Positions 1-12,799 of a stretch of 64,000 nucleotides of DNA are shown here, in pieces; position 1 is the stretch's first letter; the number at the start of each line of letters is the position of its first letter. The DNA is from Williopsis jadinii (Eukaryota), in the NCBI GenBank assembly GCA_024346625.1, contig AP024666.1, positions 1,426,001 through 1,490,000 on the forward strand, in the 5' to 3' direction. A program made the position numbers and the translations under genes. Under the pieces are notes generated by a model. The model did not search any database, had not been told where the DNA came from, and worked only from the letters and a program-made list of their open reading frames with translations.

Positions 1-16
1 AACGGAGGGTTTATAG

Positions 17-313
17 ATATCAACAGCTGACAGTGGAATCCACAGACTAACATGTCCCACATGTCCATATGAATTCCCTATAGCAGGTGTAGAGATATTT
101 GATCGTAAGGAGCTACCCCGTAAACAGATCGATGATGTGTTGGGAGGTGATGGTGCTTGGGAAAATGTGGATCAAACAGCAGCACAGTGTCCTATTGATA
201 GTTGTGGTAACGATAAGGCATACTTCTTTCAATTACAGATTAGATCGGCAGATGAACCAATGACAACTTTCTACAAATGTACCAAGTGTGGCCATCAATG
301 GAGAGAAAACTGA
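17..313 (+). CDS. RPC11: RNA polymerase III subunit C11, last exon (5' part outside window; intron ends at TAG 14-16)
   Basis: Frame +2 translates ISTADSGIHRLTCPTCPYEFP...FFQLQIRSADEPMTTFYKCTKCGHQWREN*, the TFIIS-like Zn ribbon QIRSADEP. An in-frame TAG at 14-16 preceded by ..AAC (branch remnant) marks the 3' splice site. Confidence 0.93.
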   Translation: MSTADSGIHRLTCPTCPYEFPIAGVEIFDRKELPRKQIDDVLGGDGAWENVDQTAAQCPIDSCGNDKAYFFQLQIRSADEPMTTFYKCTKCGHQWREN

Positions 314-1835
314 TCATTGGTTTCATTCCTGTGCGTTCACATGTATACTCTCTATAAAAATATGTATTATATCAATTAATCTGGGCCATTATGGAGCACT
401 TGGAGATGGGTTACCAAAGAAAAGGATTACAGCTCTCATCTGGCTTGACTAGACTCTCAACACTAAACAATAGTAGCACTCCAAGCTGTTCTTCTTGATA
501 TTCTTTGGGTGAACCATTTGTGGTAGGTCTTGTAAGCTTCTCTATGACTCAGCTAAAGCGTTCAGTCTACCGTCTTTCTCAATGTGTAACGATCTCTAAT
601 GAGTTTGTAAGGCTAAGACTCAGGTTTTACCTCTATACAGTTAGCGTTATACGGCGAGATAGACTAACAAATCGCCCATGTCATGTCATATTCACTCATT
701 AACGAATCACTGAAATCATTGTTGTTGTTTCTAGTGTTGAACGGTTGTAGAAGATGATATTGAACATTATTCTTCACCTGGTAGTGGTTCATGTCATATA
801 AGAGTTCATCATAATATCAAACTATGACACAAGCAATCCATATGTCTATATTTGTAAGGATTTTCATTGAAAAACCTATTCCTAGATGCTGGGGTCCTAA
901 ATACGTCTGATGCTTTCAGATTCTCGTCACTTTAATTAGAAGCCAATTGAGACTTCGAACCATGTTTGATGTACACGCCGCTGTTTTAAGCCTCTGTTGG
1001 TTAAGCCCATACATCTCCTCAAATTCTAACCATATAAGCATGTCAAAAGTGTCAATCAAACTCATACTCAGTGATCTGATAACTCTGTACCACCATGGCA
1101 CATATACCTTCAAGGTTAAACGTCAATAGGAACTTGAAGCACTGGTGTATAAGAAAGAGACCCCATCTGTAACACACCTCCATCTTTAGGTAGTGGAGAC
1201 TCCTTCCATTCCATTCTAGCACTTAAAGAATGCCACTGGATTCTATGATCATTTGAATCCTTCTTCACGAACATTGGATTTGCATTATTAATACCTGGCC
1301 TGACACTCGTATCGACTGCCCAACTGCTCCTATACACACGTTTTGTTCTTATCCCAATATCCGCCTCAGAACATACCAGTACGCCAGCTGATACCACTCA
1401 CACAACCTCATAAACCTCGTTAAACGCACCAGCACTGTTGTATCGTCGCTGGAAAAGTGCTTAACCACCTGCTCCCTGTACGCATATCATCTATGACACA
1501 TATTGAACAACATCTTGACTCTCATGCAACCACCATGATTCTACAACAATGGGTTGTAACTACTACAGCTTTACCCATTGATAAAGTTAGACCAGACATT
1601 TCCTACTAACCGGCAAGGGAAATCGGTCTCTATTTATACGCTGTTCTCTGCGTGTGTTTTTAACCTCATCGTCATCTCTTTTGGGCTTTAGAATACACCG
1701 TGTACAACGAACAAAAACCACAGTGTTTACATCATCAACAACCAAAAAAATATACATAAAAAAACATACAAGAACACATCGACAAAATCAATTCTTAAGA
1801 CGGCGTTTGAAAACAATAAACAAATCGACAACTAA

Positions 1836-2228
1836 ATGCTTCTCCAATCACGTTTAACTCGTCCAGTTTTGAGCTCCTTAAGAGCAACCAAGGCCACAGC
1901 GCTACGTTTCCAAAGCACCATCAAAGAGGTTGAGAATTTGCAAAAGTTCAGAGAACTCATCGACAGTCCAAAGCTTACAATTACTGATTTCTACGCCACA
2001 TGGTGTGGGCCTTGTAAGGCGATCTCACCAGTTTTGGAGAAGTTCAACCAGGAGTACACGGATGTTCAATTTTTGAAAGTTGACGTTGATCAGGCCCAGG
2101 ATATTGCCATGGAGTATGGCATCACCGCCATGCCAACGTTTGTGCTTTTCAAGGATAACGATGCCCTTGGTAAGATCGTTGGTGCCAACCCTTCAGCTTT
2201 GAAGAAGGCAATCGAAGAGTACAAATGA
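1836..2228 (+). CDS. TRX3: Mitochondrial thioredoxin
   Basis: WCGPC active site; Arg/Ser/Leu-rich acid-free N-terminal presequence; adjacent to AHC2 as in S. cerevisiae YCR082W/083W. Confidence 0.9.
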   Translation: MLLQSRLTRPVLSSLRATKATALRFQSTIKEVENLQKFRELIDSPKLTITDFYATWCGPCKAISPVLEKFNQEYTDVQFLKVDVDQAQDIAMEYGITAMPTFVLFKDNDALGKIVGANPSALKKAIEEYK

Positions 2229-2502
2229 TCACACAGTGGGTGTATGAATGCATATAAGGAAATAGGTATATCCATCGACATGTATACGTTTTATATACAA
2301 GAAGATCTTCTCTTCTTCTGTAGAGAAAAGGAGAGAGAGAGGGAAAGAATAAAACGGTGGCTAAAAAGCATTCAGCAAACATTATTGCAAGTATAATAGT
2401 AATCATTTGTCATTTCAAGTCATTCCAATGTGTTGATCGGTTGTCTGTTATCAATATATAGCGGGCATTGAACATGTCCCATGCTTTTTGTCAAGACTGA
2501 TT

Positions 2503-3045
2503 TCATCCAAAGAGTTTATCCCTTTTGATAATTTCATAACGTTCGTTAATCTCATTTGTAAAAGTATCATTATCCATTTGTAAAGTTTCCATATCAACGT
2601 CATAATCTCTGCTCCAGTTGATACGAGGGCATTTTATACAACTTCCTGTGTATTCAATTTCCCTTAGGTAGTCCCTATTGGTGTTGATCAACGACACCAC
2701 TTCTTTAACGTCTGAAACTGTACGGATACAACGTTTCAAATTCACAAGTTCCTTCATATCCCGTTGTATTTGAAGAGATCTACTCTTCAACAAATCTAAT
2801 GAACTCTTAAGTGAGATATAATCAACGTTATCATCCAGAGGTGAACTTTGGAAGTTTATCAGCTTCTCGCTCTTTGAAATTTTCCCCAGATCAATAGCAG
2901 ATGAAGCATTAGCATCACTAGACAACTCCAGCCTGGACTTCTTATGGACAACTAAACTGTCATCGTCCTGGTTGTCGTGTCTATGCGTCTTCTTATCGTT
3001 CGGCACGTTAAACTGTGACGGCATTGGAACGACTAAACTGGTCAT
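2503..3045 (-). CDS. AHC2: ADA histone acetyltransferase complex subunit Ahc2-like (first ATG at 3045)
   Basis: DYISL...NRDYLREI...PRINW resembles the Ahc2 motifs DYIVL...NRDLLREI...PQIDW (from recall); next to TRX3. Confidence 0.65.
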   Translation of the reverse strand: MTSLVVPMPSQFNVPNDKKTHRHDNQDDDSLVVHKKSRLELSSDANASSAIDLGKISKSEKLINFQSSPLDDNVDYISLKSSLDLLKSRSLQIQRDMKELVNLKRCIRTVSDVKEVVSLINTNRDYLREIEYTGSCIKCPRINWSRDYDVDMETLQMDNDTFTNEINERYEIIKRDKLFG

Positions 3046-3220
3046 GTCTTCACTTCTTGGTTGGACTTTAATCAATGTTGAGATATATGAAGTTGCTCGT
3101 TTAACAACGTGGCATCCTCGATATCAACACGACAGAAACGTTCTTCCGCGTACCACTGAAATCAATCCTTCAACAAACTCCCGAGATGTTGAGAACAAAG
3201 GATCACACACAAACGCACCT

Positions 3221-3259
3221 ACGCACACACGCACACGTACACACACACACACACGCACA
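3221..3259. repeat. Imperfect (CA)n microsatellite upstream of AHC2
   Basis: acgcacacacgcacacgtacacacacacacacacgcaca. Confidence 0.8.
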
Positions 3260-6200
3260 ATAGAGCAACAAAGCAGGTCAGGGGACGATAATCACAACGA
3301 ATGCTTTTATCGGTTGACCTTTCCTTTTAATTTATCGATTGTGACGATGTTCTCCTTTTGGCGAAGAAGATCGAATGGGTTGGTTTCCCTGACAAAAAAT
3401 TTCAGCCCCTTTCAAGGTGGCAAAGGGAAAAACAACAGGGAGAAAATGCGCAAATTTTTCACTTTTTTGCACAACGCTTCTCCCCCTTTTCTCCTATTTC
3501 CTAGTTTAGCAATGTTTCGCAAAAACCAACCACATAAAAGGAAATTTTCGCGCCCACGCGGTACCCCTTCTTGCGATTTTTTTGTGTTAAGATTTGTTCG
3601 AGCGCGTTCCTTGGTGTCCTTTCTCTATCATGTAAAATTAAGCCAAAGCTCTTTTTGTCCTAATTTTACCCTGTGTAGAATGAAACTCCAATTCAGTTGA
3701 CTCACATCATATCGGCTGTTTCCTGTCATGTAGGTGGTCTATTGCTATCCTAGGATCATAATATGGTCCTAAGCATGCTTTCCATGGATATCTCTGTGCC
3801 TTTGATCTCCATGAATCGGGAGCAAATGGCAAAGTGATTCAAAGCGTCGACTTTCTGACTGGATGATGAACCGCTGATTCTTTAAATGCTATGTTCATAA
3901 TCAAAACCGAATAATCAGTTAAAATAAGCTAAAGAGCTGTGATTCCAATTTTGGTGGGTTGAATGTCAAATATAGCCATGAAATTCAACGTCTGAGGGAT
4001 TATTGTTCTCGATACTCCTTAGCGGAAGGATAGAAAGTACGTTGGAGGTTTTGCGACTCGCCATTGGTCAACCGTGGGATTCAATTGGAAGTCATCCGTA
4101 GTCGGTTACTCTTTAGTAATTTCATCATTCATGAACTATAACATCCCCATTGCCCTCGCATCCGATACGTGAGCGTTGATGAGACTGCATCACACCAATA
4201 AGCTGTATCGTACAATCGACTATTGCAGGAAATGTACTAGCCTTTGCCAAGTTCATTAACGGCCTGTCAATTTCTGATGATGTCTACAATGCCTGGACAA
4301 AGCACAAACAACCTTATGCATGGACAAATAACCTCAAGGTGAAAAACATTCTTCATTTATCCTGAATCAAGACCCAGTTGAAAACGGCTCAAGGTGAATT
4401 ATGCCCTGCACATACAAACTTCAACGTACAGCATCAAGTACAAATATTGATTGTATTTCGTTGCCGCCGGTTAAAAGGGGTAATTGGCCCAGTCAACTTT
4501 CTATTCTGGAACTTGGTAATGCATATTCGTACGAACATCATAACTAATAACCTTTAGGTATGCAAAGTATCTCCGTAGCTTAAAGGATACGATTTGCAGG
4601 GCCCGCCCTTCCAACGTCCTTAGTGATGACGTTTGTTTGTTTATTTTTCATTTGTTTTCATTTTAACGACCGCGTTCTCCTCAATAACCACCTTACCAAT
4701 ATCGGTTACAGATAAGGCGATGTCAACAACTAAGGCATTTGACACCTCAAGCTCACAGACGAATAAAAAATCCCCCATTCTTGGGTTTTGATCCGTATGC
4801 AGCTTGTTGTTGTATTTTCTATTGTTTCACGGATGTTGATCAACTCCTTCCAAGTCCCCTTGTTTTTCTTTTTTCTCAGCTTACATGGCAATTCGATTGT
4901 CATAGTACTGGCAACCACGCAAACAAGGCGATTATGGTTGGTGGTGCTCCAGAAATCTACAAACCATCACCGATGCGTATGTAATGTATTTAGTTCACTG
5001 AAACTTCACGATGAGATTGATCAAGCAAGTTAAATAACATCCCGACTCCCCGAGATATTGCGTGTCCTGGTTTGTTTACACTCGCATGTCCGCGTCGTGT
5101 CGTTTAATGTTTCTCGATTGATCTTTGTTTACTTTCGACATCACCAAGATATATTTTGTCGTTTAAATCTCCATGTAACTTGTCACTTATGATTTGACCA
5201 ATCTGTAGAGTAAGACACCTCAATTTGTCTGTCCAATTGTCCACTTTGGTCTTTGAAAGGCCTATGTCATGGACAGACCTAAATAGCTTGTAAAAGTTAC
5301 AATATGCAATCCAACAACTTGCGTGTCTTCCAAATTAGGTTGCGCACGTCTGTGCCCTTCGGAAAACGCCCACATCAGGCATATTCATACCTGCGTGTGT
5401 GATAAGACAAGTTAACCTCACAAGTTAAAACTTACAACTTGTAACTAATAAGCTGTTGGGACTTTAGTTTGCATTCCCTAACAAGCTAAGACTAGTCGTG
5501 ATCAACAGGCAAGGCAAGGTTGTTCCTTTCAGAGACATGGCTCGTATCTGAGGGAAACAGCTCACCACAGTAATCTGAATTGTAAACACTTACCCAGGCC
5601 CATCTTTTAAAGTGTGATGCAAATGTGTAAACTCCAGCCCATAGCCGGCTCCATATATCGCTGCATAGAGTTGGGGCTTATACAGTTTACTGAGTACTGG
5701 GGCTGCCTATTTGTAATTTTTTAATCTTTCGAAGAGAAGAATGCGTATCGCTAGGAACCAGCCATCTTGAATATATTCGAAAGTCTATTTACGACATTCA
5801 CTTCAAAAGCTAAAATACATGGACTCCAAAGCACGCCTATACGTGGTTTTTTCTTCTCTAACATTGGCTGTTAAGCCGTTGAGCTATTGATCCGTATTCC
5901 TGTGGCTATTACTTGCCTCTTACATTCCTGTGTGTGTTTTATATTTTGTTTGTGTTTTGTTCTTTTCTCGCCCTGGCTGCTTACAACTCGCAATCTATAT
6001 ACTTCAACAATCAAGTACGAATTCCATAACTATTTACACAAGCTACCAACTAGATAACAGCACTAAGTCTTTCGGCAACAACAAAGCCCTAGGTTCGGGC
6101 AGCCTGCTACTAAATTGATTCCACGATTCTAGAGCATGTTCTACGCCTTGGAAGTTGGATTTTCGAAAGGTGGGCACAGCCTTCGTTTGCTTATTATTTG

Positions 6201-8052
6201 TGACTAGATCTGATTCGGACTGGATGCCTTAAGCTAGTGAAGCTTGGGTGTCCAAAGTGTATCAATTATGCACTGCAGCTTAGAAGCAGACTGCCTTGTT
6301 AGACTACTTGCACCAGCCGTATGGAGAGCAATTAAAGGAGTACTCCCAAAACATACCGTTACCAGAGCGATCTACTGTCCACTTCCTGTTCCCGTATTTT
6401 TCACCAGTAAACCACTTTCCTAAATCGTGCGATCCTTGCGTAGCACGCATTGTTTTCGATTTCCTCTTCAAAACATGCCTTCTTTCATGAAAAAAAGAAC
6501 ACTTCCAATATCAGGGGGAACACCCCTCCTCCCTGGAATTTTTTGGACTTCGGTTACAACTTGGAGGCCGACCCGCTCTACTGACTGATGGTAGCATTGG
6601 TTCCCAAACTTTTAACTACAAAGGACTAGACAAAACTCTGATATGTAGACAGACTCAACTGGGTATAACCTCTGTACCCAAATGCCCACTGACCCAAATA
6701 AAATAGACACTGGTTTGGAAATGTTGTCATGGCGACATCTCCTACATTGCCCTTTAAGAGAAACCCCTGCACTGGTTAATCTTTTACCACATTTGAGTTC
6801 GGTATTACTTCTCGATCTGCGCAAAGGGTGTTACTAAACACTTGTGTAGTATATTGACGATATTCGAAGCGAGCAATCCTTGTTTTCATCATTTCCTGTC
6901 TGGGTTACAACCATTTCTCCGCTTGAGGTGTTCTCACATCAGTGCCGTGATCTAGATTCTACCATTCAGCGTCTTCATTGTGTAATGGCTGCTTAGAATC
7001 TTCGACCTTCATTGGCCAATAACATCTTCGTAAGCAACTAAAATTACAACATATTGATGCAGAAATAAAAACAGCTTTTTAATGTATCATTATTTTCACG
7101 AGTTGTTGTTGTTTGAAGCACCATCAGGTTCCATTACCCTCTAAATGAGTGGTGTGCAATAAGCCTGTCGTTGCTATTCCGCCTGTGCCTAGCTTGGTGA
7201 AGAACTACAAGAAGGACTAGGAGATGATGATACACGTACTCTTGGGGCTGTACTTATAAATGTCACGACGAGATGGATTTGAAAAATCTGTTAGGAGCTT
7301 TGTCGATCATATATCAACTGATAATAATATAAATACGGTTGACATGACTATTTGATGGCATCAGCTATGAGGATTCACAGTCTGTCAGTTTCGTACTTGT
7401 TATTATGAAGTATCCTTGGTCATAATTAAGCAGTGCTTAAATATGAGAACACAGCCGATGTCCCATTCGAAGTGTTACGGCTCATTGGTTCCAAGGCTTT
7501 CTAATAATATTTGAGACATATATACTAGCCATAAAAGTTCCATACTGGGCTCTCAAATGAACTCATGGGTTATACAGCGTTGGAGTTGATCGATTGTTTG
7601 TACAAGTCCATCGATTGGTATCCGCTTGGTATAAAAATCCTTTTCCAGTCTGCTATACTTAATATAGGATGGTCAGAATCGAAAAACTACCAACACCACG
7701 GCACAATTATGGGGAGTAGAGAGCAATAATCAATTCGATACAAAACCTGAAGTCGTAAATATTCATATTGCCAAACAGACCATCGCCCTGTTGGAATTGG
7801 ATTATGTTGATATAATTGAAGTCTAATTCCTGTTCACATCGTCGTTGGCGTCTTCCACTCTATGACATATCAAAGAATCACGCAATTACACACGAGCTAA
7901 ACATAGACTTTAGAACCAGGTATAACTACGCACTCTACAAAAATAATTAAATAAGTTCGATAAAAGACAAATTTATTTTCGATAATTAAGTGTACACAAA
8001 GGTCTAAGATGCTTTCTCAACAAAAATTGTCAGCCGTTGAGATGATTCACGA

Positions 8053-9342
8053 TCAGGATGAAGTCGGTGGGAAGACATTTTGGAAGAAGAAGTAGAATGG
8101 ATCATTTGGATCCGCGTTGAAAATGTTACCCTGAGGAGTGTACTCACAGATAACATAGATTCTACTGTTTGGACAATCGTGAACAACACAACCAACCTCT
8201 GTGGTACTGTTCCAGATCAATTGGGTAAAGTGACCATAACTGTCGAAGGTGTCATAATCAGGGTCAGTGTAACTGTAGTAAGCGTTTTCAGCGTACCACA
8301 AGTCGATTGCCTCAATAGCGGTAATAGTACCATAAGCCAAGTTCTCACCGTAATCGAGACCAGTTCTGTCAGAGTGGACCAAAGTACCGGAACAGACATC
8401 GCTATCAGTGCCCTCCAAGGAGTCAATGTAACTCTGAGCAAACTCTGCCAATGTATCACTCCATACGAGTGGTTGAGCACCGTGAGCAGCACGGAAGAGA
8501 TTGTGCTCAGCCAACAAAAGTTCATCCAGTTCGGCTGTAGTAGTAGCACTTTCAGAGCTGGAGCTAGAAGAGCTGGAGCTAGAAGAGCTGGAGCTAGAGC
8601 TGGAGCTAGAGCTGGAAGAGCTGGAGCTTTCAACACTGGAGCTAGAGCTGGAAGAGCTGGAGCTTTCAACACTGGAGCTAGAGCTGGAAGAGCTGGAGCT
8701 TTCAACACTGGAGCTAGAGCTGGAAGAGCTGGAGCTGGAACTTGAGCTCTCAGCACTAGAGCTGGAACTGGAGACTGGACTAGATGAGCTAGAACTGGAG
8801 CTGGAGCTGGATGTGGATGATGTACTAGACGAAGATGTGGTTGGGATAGATGAAGAAAGATCACTTGAGCTCAATTCGGTTGTAGAGGTACTTGTCAAAG
8901 ACTCATCTGTAGTAGTACTATTGGCATATGGTGGTACGATGCTAGAAGAAGTGACAATTGATGACAATGTTGATGGAGCGGCAGCAGTAGTGGTGTCACT
9001 GCTGGTTTCACTGCTGGTTGTTTCACTGGTGGATGTAGTTGTACCAGTGGACGTGGTCTCACTAGGGGATGTTGTCTCGCTAGCGGATGTTGTCTCACTA
9101 GGAGATGTAGTCTCACTAGGGGATGTAGTCTCACTAGGGGATGTTGTCTCGCTAGTGGATGTAGTCTCACCATTGGTTGTAGTTGGTGTAGTCACAGTCA
9201 AGCTTGGAGAGACAGACGTAGCTGACTTCACATATGAAGTATACGAAGCAATGACAGTAAGATCTTGAGTTGTTGTGACACTCTCACATGAGGCTGCTAT
9301 CGCTTGTGCGATAAGAACTAAGAAAGGTACTTGAAATCTCAT
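8053..9342 (-). CDS. Secreted CAP/SCP (PRY-family, sterol-binding) protein with long Ser/Thr stalk
   Basis: Signal peptide, S/T-rich repeats, and a C-terminal CAP domain (HNLFRAAH, LVW, GENLA, WYAE, GHFTQLIW, GC, VICEY.PQGN). The Pry paralog cannot be assigned. Confidence 0.92.
   Translation of the reverse strand: MRFQVPFLVLIAQAIAASCESVTTTQDLTVIASYTSYVKSATSVSPSLTVTTPTTTNGETTSTSETTSPSETTSPSETTSPSETTSASETTSPSETTSTGTTTSTSETTSSETSSDTTTAAAPSTLSSIVTSSSIVPPYANSTTTDESLTSTSTTELSSSDLSSSIPTTSSSSTSSTSSSSSSSSSSSPVSSSSSSAESSSSSSSSSSSSSSVESSSSSSSSSSVESSSSSSSSSSVESSSSSSSSSSSSSSSSSSSSSSSSSESATTTAELDELLLAEHNLFRAAHGAQPLVWSDTLAEFAQSYIDSLEGTDSDVCSGTLVHSDRTGLDYGENLAYGTITAIEAIDLWYAENAYYSYTDPDYDTFDSYGHFTQLIWNSTTEVGCVVHDCPNSRIYVICEYTPQGNIFNADPNDPFYFFFQNVFPPTSS
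8555..8740 (-). repeat. Poly-Ser coding repeat including a 36-bp unit x3 (VE-S10)
   Basis: ttcaacac recurs at 8629, 8665 and 8701 (36-bp period) among gagctg/gagcta units. Confidence 0.9.
9046..9171 (-). repeat. Coding minisatellite, 7 x 18 bp (SETTSP-like)
   Basis: GETTST SETTSP SETTSP SETTSP SETTSA SETTSP SETTST. Confidence 0.9.
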
Positions 9343-11059
9343 CCTTTTCCTGAAAAGAACAATAAAAGTACACTAGTCTTTGCTAACAAAAATATGTTGA
9401 AGTTTTACCAGGAAGGAAAAATATGAATTCGAAGAAGAAGAAAGAGAAGAAGCGCAACTTCTGTGTATTTAACAGCTTGAAGAGAGCCTACCAGGCGGGT
9501 TTTTTTTGGGTATTCGTACTGGGCTCTGCTGCTATGTAGTTATGGACATACATTTATGCTGGTCAGCGAGGCATACAGCACATGGCGTCATCTGCACCTT
9601 TATGCGTCTGATGAGTCTCAACAGGCTTGAGGTTAATGAATCCTTATTCGGTCAATTTTTAACTAGAAACTGTGTAATAACTGACACTTTGTCTCTTTTT
9701 GAGAACGTCATGAACGGCTGAGGTGAAATGACTACTGAGCATTGAACAGGAAACACGATTTGTCCTTTTTTGTCTTTCTCATCACACTATGCCGCAATAA
9801 GCACTACATCATCATTGAATACTAGGGATCTTAAAACTCTAATCGTTGAAGTCTATACCCACTTTTGGTAGTTTTACAGTCTTTAATCTACTAATCACAC
9901 GTTGCTACCTTTAACATTTTGAAAGAGTAAAAAGATAGCAAGGTTTACAATTTACTTGTCAATTGCTAAGATAAAGACCAGTGTGTGTTGGCTATTTGTC
10001 AAGCACTGCAAACCATCCTTAATTACCGCGCACTTATGGCACAGCTTGCAACTTACCAATTCTGGTCGGAAAAAGAAAAAGGGATCAAATCTCACCCAGC
10101 TTCAAAGCATAATGCAGCCGCAGATTTCGTCTTTCATTTAACCTTTTACCTTGCATGTCCAATGTATGGCTGATGGCTGGATTCAAATGTCTCAGCAGTA
10201 TTCGGAGATAACCTACAGTGTCCACTTATGATACTTTTCGCCATGATACATCAAGGCGAACTGAAGCCCATCAGCCTTAGGCATAACACAACCTAATCAT
10301 CCTCGAAAGAACATACGAGTTGGAAATAGGATTATTAGGTCTATCGAAAGCTAACTTGAGAAGTTCACAAGTTGTGTCCTTAGCACTGATCTGTTAAACT
10401 TTGTACTCTAATATTATTTAGATATATATGTGAACTTCTAGCTGCTTAAAAATACTTTTGAATGATTGGTCAGAACCCTCAGTTCGGAATATAGAGTAAG
10501 TAGCTGATAATCAAACCACCCTTCATATCCGTACTCTTCGAGCTGGTTGCGCATTGTGTGAGTTCTGCGGCTTGGAAACTGAAGCATTTACAACTCTGTG
10601 ACCACAGGTTAAGACCAGCCACGGTACAAATGTCGGTTTCATAGCTTAAATCAGATCATGGTGGAATGATTGGCCAATATCTGCATGGCTCAAAAATCCG
10701 CAAACAACGTTTCTGTGCGTCGTCCCTGTGTTTGTTTGTATTTTTTAATGTTTTGGGGATTTTGGACGGCCATGCGTGTTCAGCCCCACTATTCCAAAAG
10801 GTAAGATACGTGGATCAGCCTCTTAACTTTTGTCATGGCCTCATAGACGGTTGGGACATGACCTATAGCTAATTATAATACTCTGAAAAATCAATAAGGC
10901 GCTTGTGGAGTCATAGACTTCTGATTCGTCATTTAAAGCAGTGTTCGATGGGCTGTGAAGCCTATACCTTATGGACCCAGTAGGAACAATGCATTATTGA
11001 CTGACAAATCTGCACAGTAGCATTGAGCTTCAAATTGGTAACCTCATACATAGGATAAA

Positions 11060-11114
11060 CTGCCTACGAGCTGCCTACGAGCTGCCTACGAGCTGCCTAC
11101 GAGCTGCCTGCGAG
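11060..11114. repeat. Intergenic minisatellite, 5 x 11 bp CTGCCTACGAG
   Basis: Four perfect copies plus CTGCCTGCGAG. Confidence 0.95.
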
Positions 11115-12799
11115 TTTGTATTTTATGTGCACTGCGGAAGAATAAAAATTTTAATCAGGATCTCTGTTATTCATTCTACGGAGGACGCTCAATGCTGATG
11201 GACATAAAGTAAGGGATCTTAATATGTTCAAAAAGACGTCACGGCCACAAGCGCCATCAATATACTCCAAAGCAGAGCTTATATAATGCAGATATCAAAT
11301 CTGTCACAGGCTATGTTTTGGGGATAAAGTATATCACTAAAAGAATTCAAACTTTTTCTTATTCTTGTGACCAAAGATTGCGCATCTTGGATTGAAGTTC
11401 CGTACATGAGTATATTCAATGATGGATCACAAAAAAAACTACATAACTACATTTACGGTTGTTAGAAGCGAATTAACCGTTGATGACTATTTTTGTAAAT
11501 TTCATCTGTTAAATTGAGCACTATTTATGACCATTGTCCAAGTTCCATGACTCCATGGCAAGTACTGGTAATTACTCGACCCGTTCGCAACGGCTGCACT
11601 TCTTCATTTTTTATGTTTATTATAGTTATAATAATACTCATCCGCAAATGATTCTCGTACGATTTGTCGAGTTAATAATACAATCATGTAGCACACCAGG
11701 TCACTATGTAAATTGTCTTATACATGACATATACGACAATTTACATAGTGACCTGGTAATGAGTTTTCTAAATGCTCATGTTAATGCTACGAGAAGGGGA
11801 AGTACAGAAAATGGCAAGCCAGAGAGGTAAAGCGATTGATGTCATCGTTTCTCTCGCGCTGCATTTTTTTAGTACCCGCCTTCTTTTGCCCGGATTGCAG
11901 TTCCGTTTGTTACCAGGGTGATGATCAGGCATATTTCTACAACAGTCTAAAATATCACTATGCGAATCAATTGGCAAAGAGATACAAACAATTTCACTTT
12001 ATCCATGAGCTAGTCATCATGTCGATAGTGATGGAAGGTCTAAGTCGTGGTTCTATATGCACTGAGTATATCAATATCCCTCTGATGATCCAAAGATGTA
12101 GAATAGATTGTACTGTACATAATGGGCCTATTCTGTTCAAGGTTCTGTGCTTGTTTATACATCATGGTTAATGTGTCATAACAACATTGCCTGCTTGAGA
12201 GTTGAACCAGACTATCATAAAAGGTGTCGTCTATTTACTATGTACCAAATACGATACACTATTCATCCCCATGAAAAAGAGCACAATTCTAGAAATACTG
12301 TCTTTCTTGTAAACTTTGGGTTCAGCTGACAATTATCCCTATGTTTCTTTCTTTGGGCGTGAAGATTACTTACACGCCAGTTGCTTGAGTAAAAAGTACG
12401 TCTAATCAACCCAGTCATAGATTTGATGAATCGACATGATCCATAATATTAAAATTGAAATAATGAACAGATACATACAACTGTAACAGCTTCGCATATA
12501 AATTATATACATATATAGATGTTAATGGTATCCTGTTGGGTAACTACTTTGTACAGTTGAAGATGCCTGGAATCTGAATGAGCAGCTAGAGTCCACCAGT
12601 ATTGGAGCCTGTAAAAACCATCATTTGACTCGTCATGTTAAAGATCAGAATGTAAGAAAAGTGGAAAGGGCGCGCTTTCACACATAATGATCCGAGACTT
12701 GTTGAGGCTCTAAATATGGCTACATCGTATAGCTTCATGATACAATCTAAATCATTAATTTTTTGTTTGGAAATTATGTGTAAATAAAGACGCTCAAAA

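Noticed and set aside
2972..3700. 242-aa plus-strand ORF
   Set aside because: Non-ATG start; overlaps AHC2 antisense and runs through a CA repeat and poly-T promoter DNA; no protein-like composition.
7218..7310. Minus-strand frame ending ...STCIIIS* (a-factor CAAX candidate)
   Set aside because: Cys is at position -5 rather than -4, and there is no in-frame ATG before the upstream stop.
8080..9268. Long ORFs with poly-LE, GARA and PALA repeats
   Set aside because: Antisense or alternate-frame shadows of the Ser/Thr repeats in the PRY gene.
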